This document shows positions 1-12,880 of a stretch of 64,000 nucleotides of DNA, piece by piece (the stretch's first letter is position 1; each line of letters begins with the position of its first letter). The stretch lies in assembly GCF_009914755.1 (NCBI RefSeq), contig NC_060927.1, one strand, 5' to 3'. This DNA is from the human T2T-CHM13v2.0 reference genome, Homo sapiens. The notes below the pieces were generated by a model that ran no database searches, had not been told where the DNA came from, and was given only the letters and a program-made list of their open reading frames with translations. The translations under genes and the position numbers were made by a program.

Positions 1-114
1 GAGAACTGGCACACCAAAAATATTATACAGAAGTGAAACAAGGATCTGGTAGTGGTGGGGAAATATAATATGGATATTTAACAATTGCTACATTATGTAG
101 AATTCTAATGTATT

Positions 115-490
<376 letters not shown>

Positions 491-1874
491 TTACACATTC
501 ATAAGTAGTAAATAACTTCTAACATTGATATGCATACCTATCTCTTATATTTTCATATTTCTTATTTTCTCTTATATTTTTATTCTTTGAGAACCTGTAT
601 GTCTTAGTAACAGGAAGTATACAACTTACCTCTTAAAGATCTACCTCTGACATTTTTCTTGCTGAATTGCTCAAAACCTTAAAGGTTTACATGTTTCAAA
701 TGGTGTCTAGCCTTTCCAGCCAAATGGAGGGAGAGATAAAAGCCTGCTCCTCCCAGTCTCCAGCTGCTGTTGCTTTTCTGTACTATGTCATGTCAGTGTT
801 GAAGATGGGACTGCCCATCTAACAAATGATGTTCTGTGATGCAGTGAGGCCTACCTTACCCACAAGCAGTTAAGGTCAGCTTGATTCCATGAAAGGACAC
901 TGCACTGTCTCAGTTGGAGGTTGCCCTGTGCATGGTCTTAAAGGATGCAGCTCTTCATATACAGTTTTTTAGTTCACATATGAAACCTTGTCCATGGGTC
1001 CCTTTCTGCTGTAGGGACACTGGGCCAGCACTGATCTAACTTTTCCCACATTATAAACCCCAAATTACTATTATGAATACATTTTAGGGTTCAAGTAAAT
1101 TTAAGTTTTAAACAGTTTAAACAGAATTTTATGCTATATTGATAGAAGAGATCACCACTCATTATGTGATATCGAAAAAGTAAAGTAAGGAAGAGCTATG
1201 TTAGTCTGGCCCAGTCTGACTGAGCAAGGCAAACTCCTGGTGTCATTTAGTTTATTGGCATGTAGATTACTGAAATAGGGGTGGGTTGACTTAGGCCTTG
1301 GAAGCTTTTTCACTAGAGTGAGTATACTGCTGATTGCCTGTCTTTCAAAGAGTGAGACTGTCATTGATTGGTTGGCTTTCAGAGGTCGTTCACTGAAGGG
1401 AGCTTTTATTAACTGATTAAAATTTTAAAACCAGTTGTGAAACTGTAAAGCAATTAGACTTTTTCTAAACATATGGGGATTTAAAAAATTCTCATCTTTT
1501 TCCCCAAAATGGAACTTTTCACTTGATTTATAGGAACTCTTTTGAGGGGATTTACCCAGAGTTTACTCAAAGTGACTCCTTCTTTGAAGTGGTGGCCAGT
1601 GTAACTTAATTTTCTAAATGATAATTTCTAGGTGATTTCAACATGCATATACCTATTTTTCATATCTGAGGCTGCCTTTAATGATTTCAAAGAGATTTTC
1701 TGGTACCTTTATCACTAGAAAAAAATTCCATGAAAACCGTATATCATTTCTGTTGCATTATCCTACTGGACTATGAAGATTGAGCCGATTAATTATAAGC
1801 ATAATAATATGGAAAATTATCTGTCTACCCAAAAAAGGTAAATCTTAATTCTTATAGAGACAACACACTGTTTA

Positions 1875-2075
1875 AGTTAAGAGCATAGATTTTAAAGAAC
1901 AGATTATCTGTCACCTACTTGATAGGTAACCTTGAGAAATTTATTTAATCTCTCTTTCCTTATCTGTAAAATAGAAGTAAAATATTACCTTTTTTATTGG
2001 GTTGTTACTAGGATTACATAAATTATTATCTGAAAAACATTTAGGACATCCTAGTACATAGTGCTATGTAAGAAC
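1875..2075 (+). mobile_element. MIR SINE fragment
   Basis: Diverged MIR core (cttgagaaatttatttaatctctctttccttatctgtaaaatagaagtaa...gggttgttactaggattacata); boundaries approximate. Confidence 0.75.
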
Positions 2076-2583
2076 ACTGTGTGTATACTTGCTTGTTTTC
2101 ATTATTAATAATATCACAGGTTTTTAAAGCCATTTTACTTCTGGATAGTTGAGAAGATAGGAAAAAAGCTTTTCAACTTGTCATCGTGTTTGCTATATTT
2201 TTCTTACTTCTGAGGAATTAACGATGGATGTCTTTAGCACTTAAACTGTGAAGAATTAAGAATATAGATAAATTAAACAAAATATAGCAGAGGGAGCAAA
2301 ATCTCAAATGTCTATTTACTTCTGATGAAAGCCACTGTTTGAAAGGATTTGTAGCAAATCACAGTAATGTCTTTACTCCATACCCCTGTTATTTTAAAAA
2401 ATAAAGGAATTTCAAAATGGACAAGAGCAAGCTTTAGTTAAATACAAAGGGAGAAAATGTCAGAAAGAAGAGTTGAAGGTGTGTGAAAAAGTGAAAAGGA
2501 TTCCCTCAGATTTTGTTCTCATGGGGATATTACAAATTGACTACATTCGTATGACCTTGAGGGTTTTAAAAACCCATCTCAGT

Positions 2584-2759
2584 CAGTGGTCCTCCACTCT
2601 AGCTGTGTGTAACAAACCCCTGGAGAGATGACAAAGCATAGGATGCCTGAGTCCCACCTCAGGTCTCTGGGGCGGTGGGGCCTGGGTATCAGCAGTTACC
2701 ATGAGAGTTTCAGAGGTCTCCAGAAGAATATAAAGTGCAACTGGGGCTGAGAATCACTG
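2584..2759. mobile_element. MER5A-like hAT-Charlie MITE
   Basis: Terminal inverted repeats CAGTGGTCCTC...GAGAATCACTG, ~176 bp, internal ggggcggtggggcctgggtatc resembling MER5. Confidence 0.75.
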
Positions 2760-3209
2760 AAATATTCCAGGTATTCCTTGCTAGTGAGTACCTGTTTTGT
2801 GTAACAGCTGTAGCAGTTGCCCCTTTGACACATTCTTCTTCACCAGGTGTAACTTGTTTGCCTAAAAGTTGGCACCGGTCCTGTCAGAATCAAAGTGACA
2901 AAAACCAACCTGGCTAGCAAACCAAAGCTACAGAGCCTTCACCACAGCAAAACTAGTTCAGGAAGCTTCTGGTAATAAGGAATGGGAGAATAAGATTAAT
3001 GGCAATCTTTATGTTGGGAATTAATTCATGGTACTTTAAGTGGATAGTGAGGTTTTCTTGTCTTTTTTTTCTTATTAATGATCTTTTTCTATTTGCTTTA
3101 TGCTATGTCTTGAATACAGCTATGTATGTGTGATTATTAGCCATCCTGTTTTAATAAATAGTTTATATTTCTGTAGATATTTATGACTATTACATTTAGA
3201 ATATGTAGC

Positions 3210-3389
3210 CAGTGTTCCCCAATAACTGGGCATTGGAATCATCTCAGAGGCTTTTAAAAGAGACAGATCTTTGGGCCTCATCCAAAGCGACTGAATCAGA
3301 ACTTTGGAGGTGTAAGACAAGCATTGTGATGTTTTTTAAACAAAACTCCCCACGTAACGGTAATGTCCATCCAAGTTTGAGAACCACTT
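3210..3389. mobile_element. MER5 (A/B) hAT-Charlie MITE
   Basis: CAGTGTTCCCCAA...TTTGAGAACCACT ends; internal gactgaatcagaact typical of MER5. Confidence 0.8.
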
Positions 3390-3793
3390 GTACAAGAGAT
3401 GCAGATAAAGCACTGAGAAAAAAACAAATGAGATGTTAAGAGGAAGAGGAAAAGTAAACAAGTGCTTATTAAAATTTAGCAAACATTTTGAGGAAACAGT
3501 AGAATATATTCTTACAGAAGAAGTTTAATGTCTCTTTGAAGGTGTTTATTTCCAAAGTGGTAGGTAAAATTCAGATCTGTCAAAATTTAAGGAGGTGGAG
3601 TAAATGACCCTTTGAGTTAGTGTTAGACTAAGGATTCTTATTTTCAAATTTAAATGGTTGTGAGGGAGGAACAAATACTTATTCTTCCATATTTGAAGCT
3701 ATCCCAGAACCTGAGTAAAATACTGAAGAGAATCATGGATTTAAAATGAGACCAGAATGCTTTTGATGCATGTTAGATTTCATGTTCTTTATT

Positions 3794-3831
3794 CTCTACT
3801 ACCTCAGTGTAGCTCTACTACCTCAGTGTAG
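3794..3831. repeat. Perfect 19-bp tandem duplication (CTCTACTACCTCAGTGTAG)x2
   Basis: Copies read directly at 3794-3812 and 3813-3831. Confidence 0.97.
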
Positions 3832-4758
3832 ATAGTATTATTAATGTTTCGCATGAGTGAAGTTCATTATTCAAAGATGAAATATGTGATTAGTGTATAT
3901 TGAATTCCTTATGTGATCAATGATTGATTATGCTTATTATTTCCTACATTGCTTTTTTATTTGAACACTATGTTGAAATAATACTCGTCACAGCTTTGAA
4001 AGGTATAAAAAGGAGATATTCTGCAATTTGGTATAGTAAACTAATGTATCCTATATTTTTGTTATTTTAAAGTGACATTTAATGATGAAATACTGATTAA
4101 ATATTATTCTTTATTAAATTACTAAATTTGTGGTAGAAAAAGTAGTAGATTGTCTATCCTTCAAAAATGCTGACCCTCAGAGGACTTCTGGAACTAGCTC
4201 ATCTAGCAATAACAACTTAGAACTTCTCATGGGATTGTGGGTATCACATACATAGGTTTATACAGCTGACCTACAGAAAAGTGGGGAAGAGGTACCTCTA
4301 GACCTATTGTGTTCAAGTTAAAAAATAGATGTTTAAAATTAGCTAACCTCTTGTATCTCACCTACCTGGGTTCAGTATAAAAGAGCTAATCAAGTCAGGT
4401 CGAACATACTGTCTTAACTCCATGATGAAGTTTCTTTACATAACAAAGCCACTGCCACCGAGTCACATTCAGCCTCTGTCTCTATTTCTTTCTCTTTGTT
4501 TTTAAAATAGAAAGGAAAGAAATCCTAGCTTTCAAATCACCTGTCTTCTTTCAGTCTTTTAGAAAGTTTGGAAAATTTTTAGTATGTACTTAGTTAAAAA
4601 AAAGTCATTAAAATAATTTTTTAAGCTAAAGTTATAAAATTGAACATACTTATATTAACCTTGGAACTGTCTACCTCCAGTTGCGCCTGTGTATTCTATC
4701 ATGAGGATAGGAAAAGATTTTCTAAATCTAAATAAAATACAGCATGAACTGCAGAAGG

Positions 4759-4981
4759 CAGCATTTTGTAGTTGTAAAAGCTGGAATTTTAAATTAAATA
4801 TGAGTTCAAATCTTGCTTAAGTATTTTTTCTATTTTACATATCTTTCAATTCTCAAAACATCAGTTTTATCATTTGTAAAATGTAAAGAATAATACCAGT
4901 CAGAGTTGCTGTGATTAACAGATACAGTATTTGTAAATAACCTGACACACAATAAGCATTAAGTAATAAATGGGCATTATT
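4759..4981 (+). mobile_element. MIR SINE
   Basis: tgagttcaaatctt...catcagttttatcatttgtaaaatg...ataatacc...cctgacacacaataagcatt. Confidence 0.8.
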
Positions 4982-5194
4982 CATGATTTTGTTGTGTATA
5001 TCTGTAAAATTTACAATTAAACAACTCTGAATTAGCCTTCTTATTAGGAAAGGCTCTAAGCTTGATCTGGACATCTATTCTTCCATCCACATTTGAACAG
5101 TAATGTCATAGGATCAGCCTGCTGTCACTTACCATCTATATAGCCACAAAACCTAGCTGAAAATGAAGAGAAACAAGAAATCATGCCATTAACT

Positions 5195-5204
5195 GGGATT
5201 TCCC
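5195..5204. promoter_or_regulatory. Canonical NF-kB site GGGATTTCCC inside an 18-bp inverted repeat
   Basis: AACTGGGA-TT-TCCCAGTT at 5191-5208; fits GGGRNWYYCC. Motif only, binding unshown. Confidence 0.4.
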
Positions 5205-7252
5205 AGTTGATTGTCATCTCTCCATGTTTAACTAGAAAGTTATCTCGTAGAACAGTGTCTATCCTTTCAGACAGATGTAATTCAATGCATTTCCAGATGG
5301 TGATTAACAGTTTCCTAAATAACTCACAGGACTGAAGTTGATCAACATACAGAATTCATTTCCTACTTGGTCATGAATGGACTATTCATTTAATTTATCA
5401 AAATCTAATTTTCCTGAAAAAATAAAATTAAAAGTTCATTCTAATACTCCATGCACCAAAACCAAAGGAGTTCTAGAAAAGACTTATATAACTTTTTAAG
5501 ATTTTTATTAAAGAACTTTGTAGACGAAACATATTCTTCCCTTACCTAAATCTCTTATTTTTTGAGGAGTTTTCTTTAGACATGGAACCAGAATCTAGGT
5601 AGAATCATTTATTTCTTCAATCACCAAACATTTGTTTTGTGCCTCTTATGTGTAAGGTACACTCAGAGTCTAGCTAAATCATATTCAATATTCCATATCA
5701 CAGTGCTTTAGGCACATTTCAGTAGGGTTACGGATTTTTTGCCCTCATTTGGCGATCAGAGAGACCATTTCTATTTCAAAATAAGACAATTTTCACCCCA
5801 AGTAGAAAAAGCAAGGACACTGTGGTTTATAATATGCCATTTAGCACGAATGTTACACTATTTTGAATTGGTAGCTCAACAAGTAAAGCCATCATCAGGA
5901 ACCCAAAACTTGATGATACAGTGCATTTTTCAGGTAAAGAGATGCATTGGACCTGTTTGAAAATTGGGGAATAGAACTTTTGGATTCCATCTTTACTTCA
6001 AAATATTTTCTCTGAATGTAGTTTTGTAATCAGGACATATCAGAAGAAAAATAAGTGAAGTAAAAAATAGGGATGATATATTTGGCTTTATAAAGTATTT
6101 TGATAATTTTCAGAAAGCAAATCACACTATTTTAAATATTTTTGTCTTCTGAGCTCCAATGTTTAAAATATAAATGTAAATAGCAATTTTTTTGCAGTGA
6201 AGATTTTTCTGCCAAGAAAAAGGAGCAAAGAGAATTTCTAATTGAAAATTAGAAAAAATAGGAGAAATAGAGTTCTTGAAATTGTCAGAAAATATGAATA
6301 AAGTTAAATGTTTGAAAGTATCCTAATTTGATAATGAATATATTGGAATGATCCAATTCTGAAAAATTATATGCTTATTGAAAACAGATTATAAAAAGAA
6401 AATTTACTAAACTTTCACTTTTAGCCATTTTCTATTTTTGAATATATGTTAATCAGAATGAACATGTGATAAAGTCATTAGTGAATTTTTACATGATTTT
6501 TTAAGTTTTAGAAATCAAATTAAGAGATAAAGGAAAAAGCATATTAATTTAAGAATTCAATTTGGATTCCAACAAAAGCATATAAATTCAGATCGATTCT
6601 TTTAGCTTAATAAAGATGGATGACTAAATTATTTTAGATGAATGTGTTCTCAATTTTATTTTCAGACAGGCAATTAGCTACAAGTGCAATGAAAAAATCA
6701 GCCAATCATATCTGCAAGATTCTCACAAAAGTGTAAACAAGAAATCTTAAAGGAAAGTCTTGGGTTTGATTGATATCAAAACTACAAGGACCAACTTAAC
6801 CAGAATTAAGTATATTTGCAGCAAAAAGCAGCTGATTTGAGTAGTGTGTGTGTCTGAGCCTATAAAGATACTCCAAACAGGAATTGAAACTTTATTAGAA
6901 TTGTAGTCAAGTTTGAGAAAGAAGGGTTAAGAGTTTTGTTTTGCATACACACATATCATAATATACATATTTGAATTTAGCCTTCATGAGATTTTTGACA
7001 GGAAGTGAAATAATTTTGTAATCTCTCAATATTTTCATAATTTTTAGTGTCCAATTTATGCAGTGCATCTGGGATAACACCAATGATTTTTCAAAATCTT
7101 TTATAGGTAGTTCAAAGCTGTTGCATAAAGGAATATTTTTGATTTCTTGAAACTACATGGGACTATTTGAAATAATGAATTAGTGTAGTACCTAAGTAGT
7201 TTTGTGGCAGTTTTGTTAAGATTATTGAAGTAATAAAAGATGTAGCAAATGA

Positions 7253-7631
<379 letters not shown>

Positions 7632-7850
7632 GCAAGTGATTTTCTTGAAATTAAAGTGATATTCACTTGCACATAGGTCACCAGTACAGTGGTAGTTTTG
7701 ATTATATAATAAATTGTTCCCAATATTAGCTACCAATTTTGAATTGATCTTTTGTTTAAATTTGTTTTACAAGGGGCTAAATATAGCAATTGTTTACAAA
7801 AGGCTTATAAGTAAAATTTTAAAAATATATATTATATGTGTATCTTTTCT

Positions 7851-7851
7851 T

Positions 7852-7884
<33 letters not shown>

Positions 7885-8145
7885 AGTTAGAGGTTTGCTC
7901 TTGTTGCCCAGGCTGGAGTGCTCCGCAACCTCCACCTCCCAGTTTCAAGCAATTCTCCTGCCTCAGCCTCCTAAGTAACTGGGATTACAGGCATGCACCT
8001 CCACATCCAGCTAATTTTGTATTTTTAATAGAGACGGGGTTTCTCCATACTGGTCAGGCTGGTCTTGAGCTCCCAACCTCAGGTGATCCGCCCGCCTCGG
8101 CCTCCCAAAGTGCTGGGATTACAGGCGTGAGCCACTGTGCCTAGC
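7851..8145 (-). mobile_element. AluSp SINE with ~18-bp internal deletion
   Basis: Sp-type GCTCTTGTTGCCCAGG and GGGTTTCTCCAT...GGTCAGGCTGG; GGAGTG joined directly to CTCCGCAACC at ~7920. Confidence 0.93.
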
Positions 8146-8689
8146 ATGTCTTTTCTTATAAAAATATAAGCAATACTTAATTGCTTATCTGTAAGAAATA
8201 ATGATTAATCCAAAATATTTGTAACAAAGATAAATAATTATAATCTGGAATAGTCTCTAAGAGTTTCAAAGTTAAAAAAACTTTCACCATTTCGGGAGAT
8301 ATCAAATTTTTTGAAAAAGAATTTATGCCAACTTGGAAGTTATCTTTTTTCTTATATTTTTTCAGGAGTAATTCATGAAATTAATATTTATTTCCAAGGA
8401 TTAGCTCTGTATCAGTATATTTGTATTTGTATATTTAAGAAAATGATTATAATAAAACAAAATGTATCTTGGAATTCCTATTTCGGTGGGATAGTCATTA
8501 AGTGAATTTAGTCAAATATGTGCAAAAATTTTACAAAAAAGTACATATGGAAGCATAGAACTTCAATTACACCGCAACCACCAAAAGATAACCGTAAATG
8601 ATTATCTATAATCATTTCATTGTAATGAGTTTGGTTGTGTCTGTTCTTCATGGCTTTTACAGTAATGATTTAGGCATCATAGATCTGAT

Positions 8690-9050
8690 GAGAGTCCAGG
8701 TTCTTGTCTGCAAGCAACAGAAGCCAACTTTTGCTAACTTAAGCAAAACAGCAACAACAAACATTTACTGGACAGATAATAAGTAGCTCACAAAGTCAAT
8801 GTGAAGACTGCAAAACAGAAAAAAAAAAGATTGAAAGATGGGTGTGGAGGAAATAAAAACTAGGATAAGGGTTAAGAAATGGCCACACGAACTATTTTCT
8901 TAGGATATCACTACTGACTATGCCAGGAATGCTGTAAAGCTATGCCATAGATAATTATCGAAATAGCTCCATGTTGTTGCACCATTGTCTCAAGACTAAA
9001 ATTCCCAGAATGGAGCAGGGTAGGAGTCAGGGCAGAGGATCCAGGTACTT
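8690..9050 (-). mobile_element. LTR33-like (ERVL) LTR remnant
   Basis: gtccaggttcttgtctgcaagcaacagaagccaacttttgctaacttaagcaaa...atttactgga...gtagctcaca resembles the reverse complement of the LTR33 3' end; right boundary uncertain. Confidence 0.6.
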
Positions 9051-9115
9051 ATACATCTTCAACTTCAGTAGTAGATATAGAGTCTGTTTTCCACGAACTG
9101 TAAATCAGAAACCAA

Positions 9116-9135
9116 CCCCCCCGCCCGTCCCACCC
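9116..9135 (-). other. G-quadruplex motif / GC box
   Basis: Minus strand GGG-T-GGG-AC-GGG-C-GGGGGGG, containing GGGCGG. Confidence 0.7.
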
Positions 9136-9319
9136 TAAGAATGATGCTAAGATGTTAGACAATAACAAATGTGCATCATATAGCAATTACTTTTTTTGGT
9201 TTGCCCAAACTTCTATAGCAAGTAAAGTGCACTGGTTTTATATTCTTCTTATAGTCTAATTATACATTATATTGCCCTATCATAAGGAAAGAGACAATTA
9301 ATGACTTGGCGGTCTGTGT

Positions 9320-9329
9320 CTGTCAATCA
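9320..9329 (-). promoter_or_regulatory. PBX-MEIS/PREP decamer TGATTGACAG
   Basis: Plus strand CTGTCAATCA is the exact reverse complement; motif only. Confidence 0.4.
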
Positions 9330-12300
9330 ATTATTGCAGTCATTCTGATGGTGTCTGTATACATGCTGGTAATAACTAACAACTGAAGCAGTTTACAACA
9401 TCTTTCTCATAACCTGAACTTCTAATAACATTTTAACAATTTTTTTACACAGTCATATCTGGGTGTGACTTTCTTTCGGAAACCTGTCTTCTGTTTTATC
9501 ACAGTTAGAGCAATTGGAATTTCACCTTGTAATCTTCTAAGCTTTTACTATTCAGGACTGTTAGATTTTGCTGCTGTTGAAGGCCTTATATTAATTACAA
9601 GGTCATAATCTTCAAACAGATTTGGTGTGAAATATAAACTGAGTTTTGGGTAAAAGGCTATTAAATTTCTCCTTCTCTCTCTTTCTTAACCAGGAATTAG
9701 TATCATATTACCTATCCCCATCAATTAAATGCCTTGACTTTCCCTTTTCCCATGAGAACCCACATTTTATTTATCCGCAATGTTGTGTATACCTTCCCCC
9801 TTCCTCCAGCATATTTAAAATTTTCACTGCAATAGATTGTGTTGTCTACATAGATATCCACAATAATGCAAACTACAGGTTGAAGTCGTATCAATATGTT
9901 TAATATTTTATAAATCAAATAATGTTTAAGAGGCAGTGTTGTGGAATAGAGATGGAGGTATCATTTGCCATGTTTATGAAAAAATACCAGAAGTTCTTAT
10001 TTTCTTCAGCTTTGATTGATTGCGTCTCCTTCTTGTACATAGCTAATACAAATTATTTGTGCCTCTTGAGTATGTAAGATGAGCCTAAAGTTGCACTACA
10101 TCCTCATACTGTTTGCAAACTCTCTAAATGATTCTTGCCAGGAACCAGCACTCATGGAGAAAGTTAATATTCCAGGATATTCAAAGAAGTTGATTTGATT
10201 TCATTTTCAAAGGAAATTTTGTCAAAGTAAAGCTATAAGATAGGCATATCTTGAAATTTGTTTGTTCATATTAATTTGTATGTTTGATCCTTTGTTGTCT
10301 TTTCTCTCTTTAGGCAAACTGAGATACCTGTGTATTATTTAAATATTTTGAATCAAATATTTGTGTTTTAAGTTTTAGAACATTTTCTGACCATACAAAT
10401 ATATAATCTCTGACTCTTTAAGCATGAAAATGATGTTGACATATGAAAAAAGCCTAGGTGAAGTTACATAGCCTGGAACTAATCATTTCTTTCTTTTCTC
10501 AGGGCTTGAAAAAGTAGATCTTTGACAAATAATTTCTCTGATTTGATCATCGTGATATATATTGTTTCCGAAAAGTGTCTTAGTGAGTTAGTCTGTACTT
10601 AGTTCAAAGAGGCAAGCAAAAATTTTGTGTTATGCTTAAAGTTTATATGAAATGAAGTTGATGTTGCAATACTAGAGGTTATAGCAGAATAGGTTTGAAT
10701 GGCTGAAAAAAATTGACCAGTTTTCCACTTTAAAAAGTTTACCCTGACACAAAGGCAAAGTTCAGAATAATTATGTCTGCTTTTTTACATCCAGATTGTA
10801 TAAACTTACTGGAAAACATCCATACTCTTTTTAAATGATGAATGGAACATGATTATGAGATATTTAGAAAAGTTATAAAGTAGTTGTTTGCAAATGTAGT
10901 TGCTGATTTTGCCCCCAAGAGGCTCCGTTTTGTATGGTATTTGGAAATTTAACATGAACTGAAATTGGTATAGCCAAGCAGAAGCAAATTAATGTGAAGA
11001 TAGAGGGGAAACAGGACTAAGGATAAGCGTGAAAACCATAATATTCTACCTATGGAGAGTGTTGAGAGTAGGGGAGATGCTGATTTGTGTTGCATTATTT
11101 GTCTATTACCATAACAACTATTCATACATGACTAGTATAAAAAGACCCATTGGTCTATAGTCCTAATATTTTTTCACTTCCTATTCTATTGTAAATTGAT
11201 TTATTTTTCAATTCATCTGTTTGGCCCCATGTGGTAGAGCTACATAGTTCTCTTTCTGTGCTTCATTGCACCTTTTGGTTTGTACAAGCCTTGGGTGAGT
11301 ACCAGAGGGGCAGCTGCTCACACACTGGGGAAGAAAATTCAATGATTCATGAGCATACACAGGAAAGAGCAAAGACTGCTAGTTCTTGAGGATAGTCTGC
11401 AATATTCCATTGTCAATGATGCAGAAATTTGAATGTGAAACAGGTTCTGATCTTGGCATTTTGCCGGGAATATCTAGTTGTATTGAAGTTCATAAAGTAA
11501 ACACTCCACAGATTTGCACGCTTATGTAGGAAGTTTAAAAAGTGATTGCATGTCCTAACATGCATCGTAGTATTTTCTTTTTTAATTTTAAGAACTAATA
11601 ATAAGTTCAATTCCAAGACATTTTAAAAATGTCCATTTTTTGTTTTTTTGACAAAATAAATGCATGCACATTAAAGAAAACTTAATATAGCCATGAAAAA
11701 ATAACAAGGAAAAAGAATGAGTAACGCATTTTTATTCCCCATTAAAAATATATGTAAATATGTATATATGTGTATATATATATATGGCACATAATAAATG
11801 CATAATATATTACATATATAAACTTTTATTTTGCAGTCTAGGGTGAGCATCTTCTTATCACATATTATTCTAGTTTCATCAATATTCTCTTCCCATTCTT
11901 TCCCTCAACTAATAGAAATAAAGAATTAAAGGAAAGAAGCTGGGAAACTGAATTGAAAATTATTTAATTTCTTTTAAAAGGTAAAAGTATCGATTTTACT
12001 ATTTATAACATTTTTAAGTTATTTAAGAAGTTCAAAAAATGGTGCCTGTTAGTTAACCAAGTACATATTGCAAATTGGCTTGTATAAAATAACCAGTAAG
12101 TTTGAATAATATTGGTCACTCTGGATAGAAAAATATTAACTGGGAAGAGTTATACACATGATGTGGAAGTTAAGTTCTATGGTAAATTCTTAAAGTGTGT
12201 TAATGAAATAAGACAAGCATGTCAACCTATTTTCAATGATAACAACTATAAGAGCTAACAGATTTGGGGGCATCCCTCAGGAAAGACTTTGAAAACCACA

Positions 12301-12614
12301 ATAAGCATTCTCTAATCCGTATTCTGAGTCTCTGCACCAACTTCTGCATGACTTACTCCCTGAACTACAATCAAATGTAACAGAAAACAAAACATCAGAA
12401 GCAAAGGAATTGTGGAGAAAGGCAAATGGATGCCCCATATCTTTGAATGGAACTATTTTCTGCCGCACCCCTTGCCATGTATGCCTTCAGCAGGTATCTA
12501 CTGCACACCGCTCTGGGCCATGCAGTCCTGTAGACACAGGGGATCAAGGGGTGAATGTGCTATATCTGTCCACGTGGCACTTATATTTGACTTCTGATCT
12601 ATTATTACTCAATT

Positions 12615-12880
12615 CATGCATTCTTCTTTCTATGAGGCCTTTCTCAACACCCAAGCCGAAACAGATAATCTCTCCCCATGCTTCCATAGTACTTCAAAGA
12701 ATTACCAATTGTCATCCTCATAATGTGCACTGTTTTAAAGTTAGTCTTATTTACTAGACCATGAACTTCTTGAGAGCAGATTTTTTGGATTAGTCTTTCA
12801 ATCCCCAGTGCCTCACAGGATTCCTGGCCCCAAATGAATTCTTGATAAATGCTTATATAGTGAATGGGTAAATCAATCCA
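12615..12880 (+). mobile_element. L2 LINE 3' fragment
   Basis: actagaccatgaacttcttgagagcaga...atccccagtgcctcacaggattcctggc...gataaatgctt...gtgaatg. Confidence 0.75.

Noticed and set aside
624-700. Strong minus-strand donor GAG|GTAAGT at 630/629
   Set aside because: No convincing matching acceptor upstream
4141-4160. GTAGTAGATTGT resembling let-7f
   Set aside because: Lacks the TGAG 5' end and has no hairpin; chance match
5960-7200. Possible very old DNA-transposon remnant (also ~21700-22200)
   Set aside because: Compositional impression only; no TIR or translatable motif identified
12410-12757. 115-aa ORF
   Set aside because: Non-ATG start, no recognisable domain, and the 3' half runs into an L2 fragment
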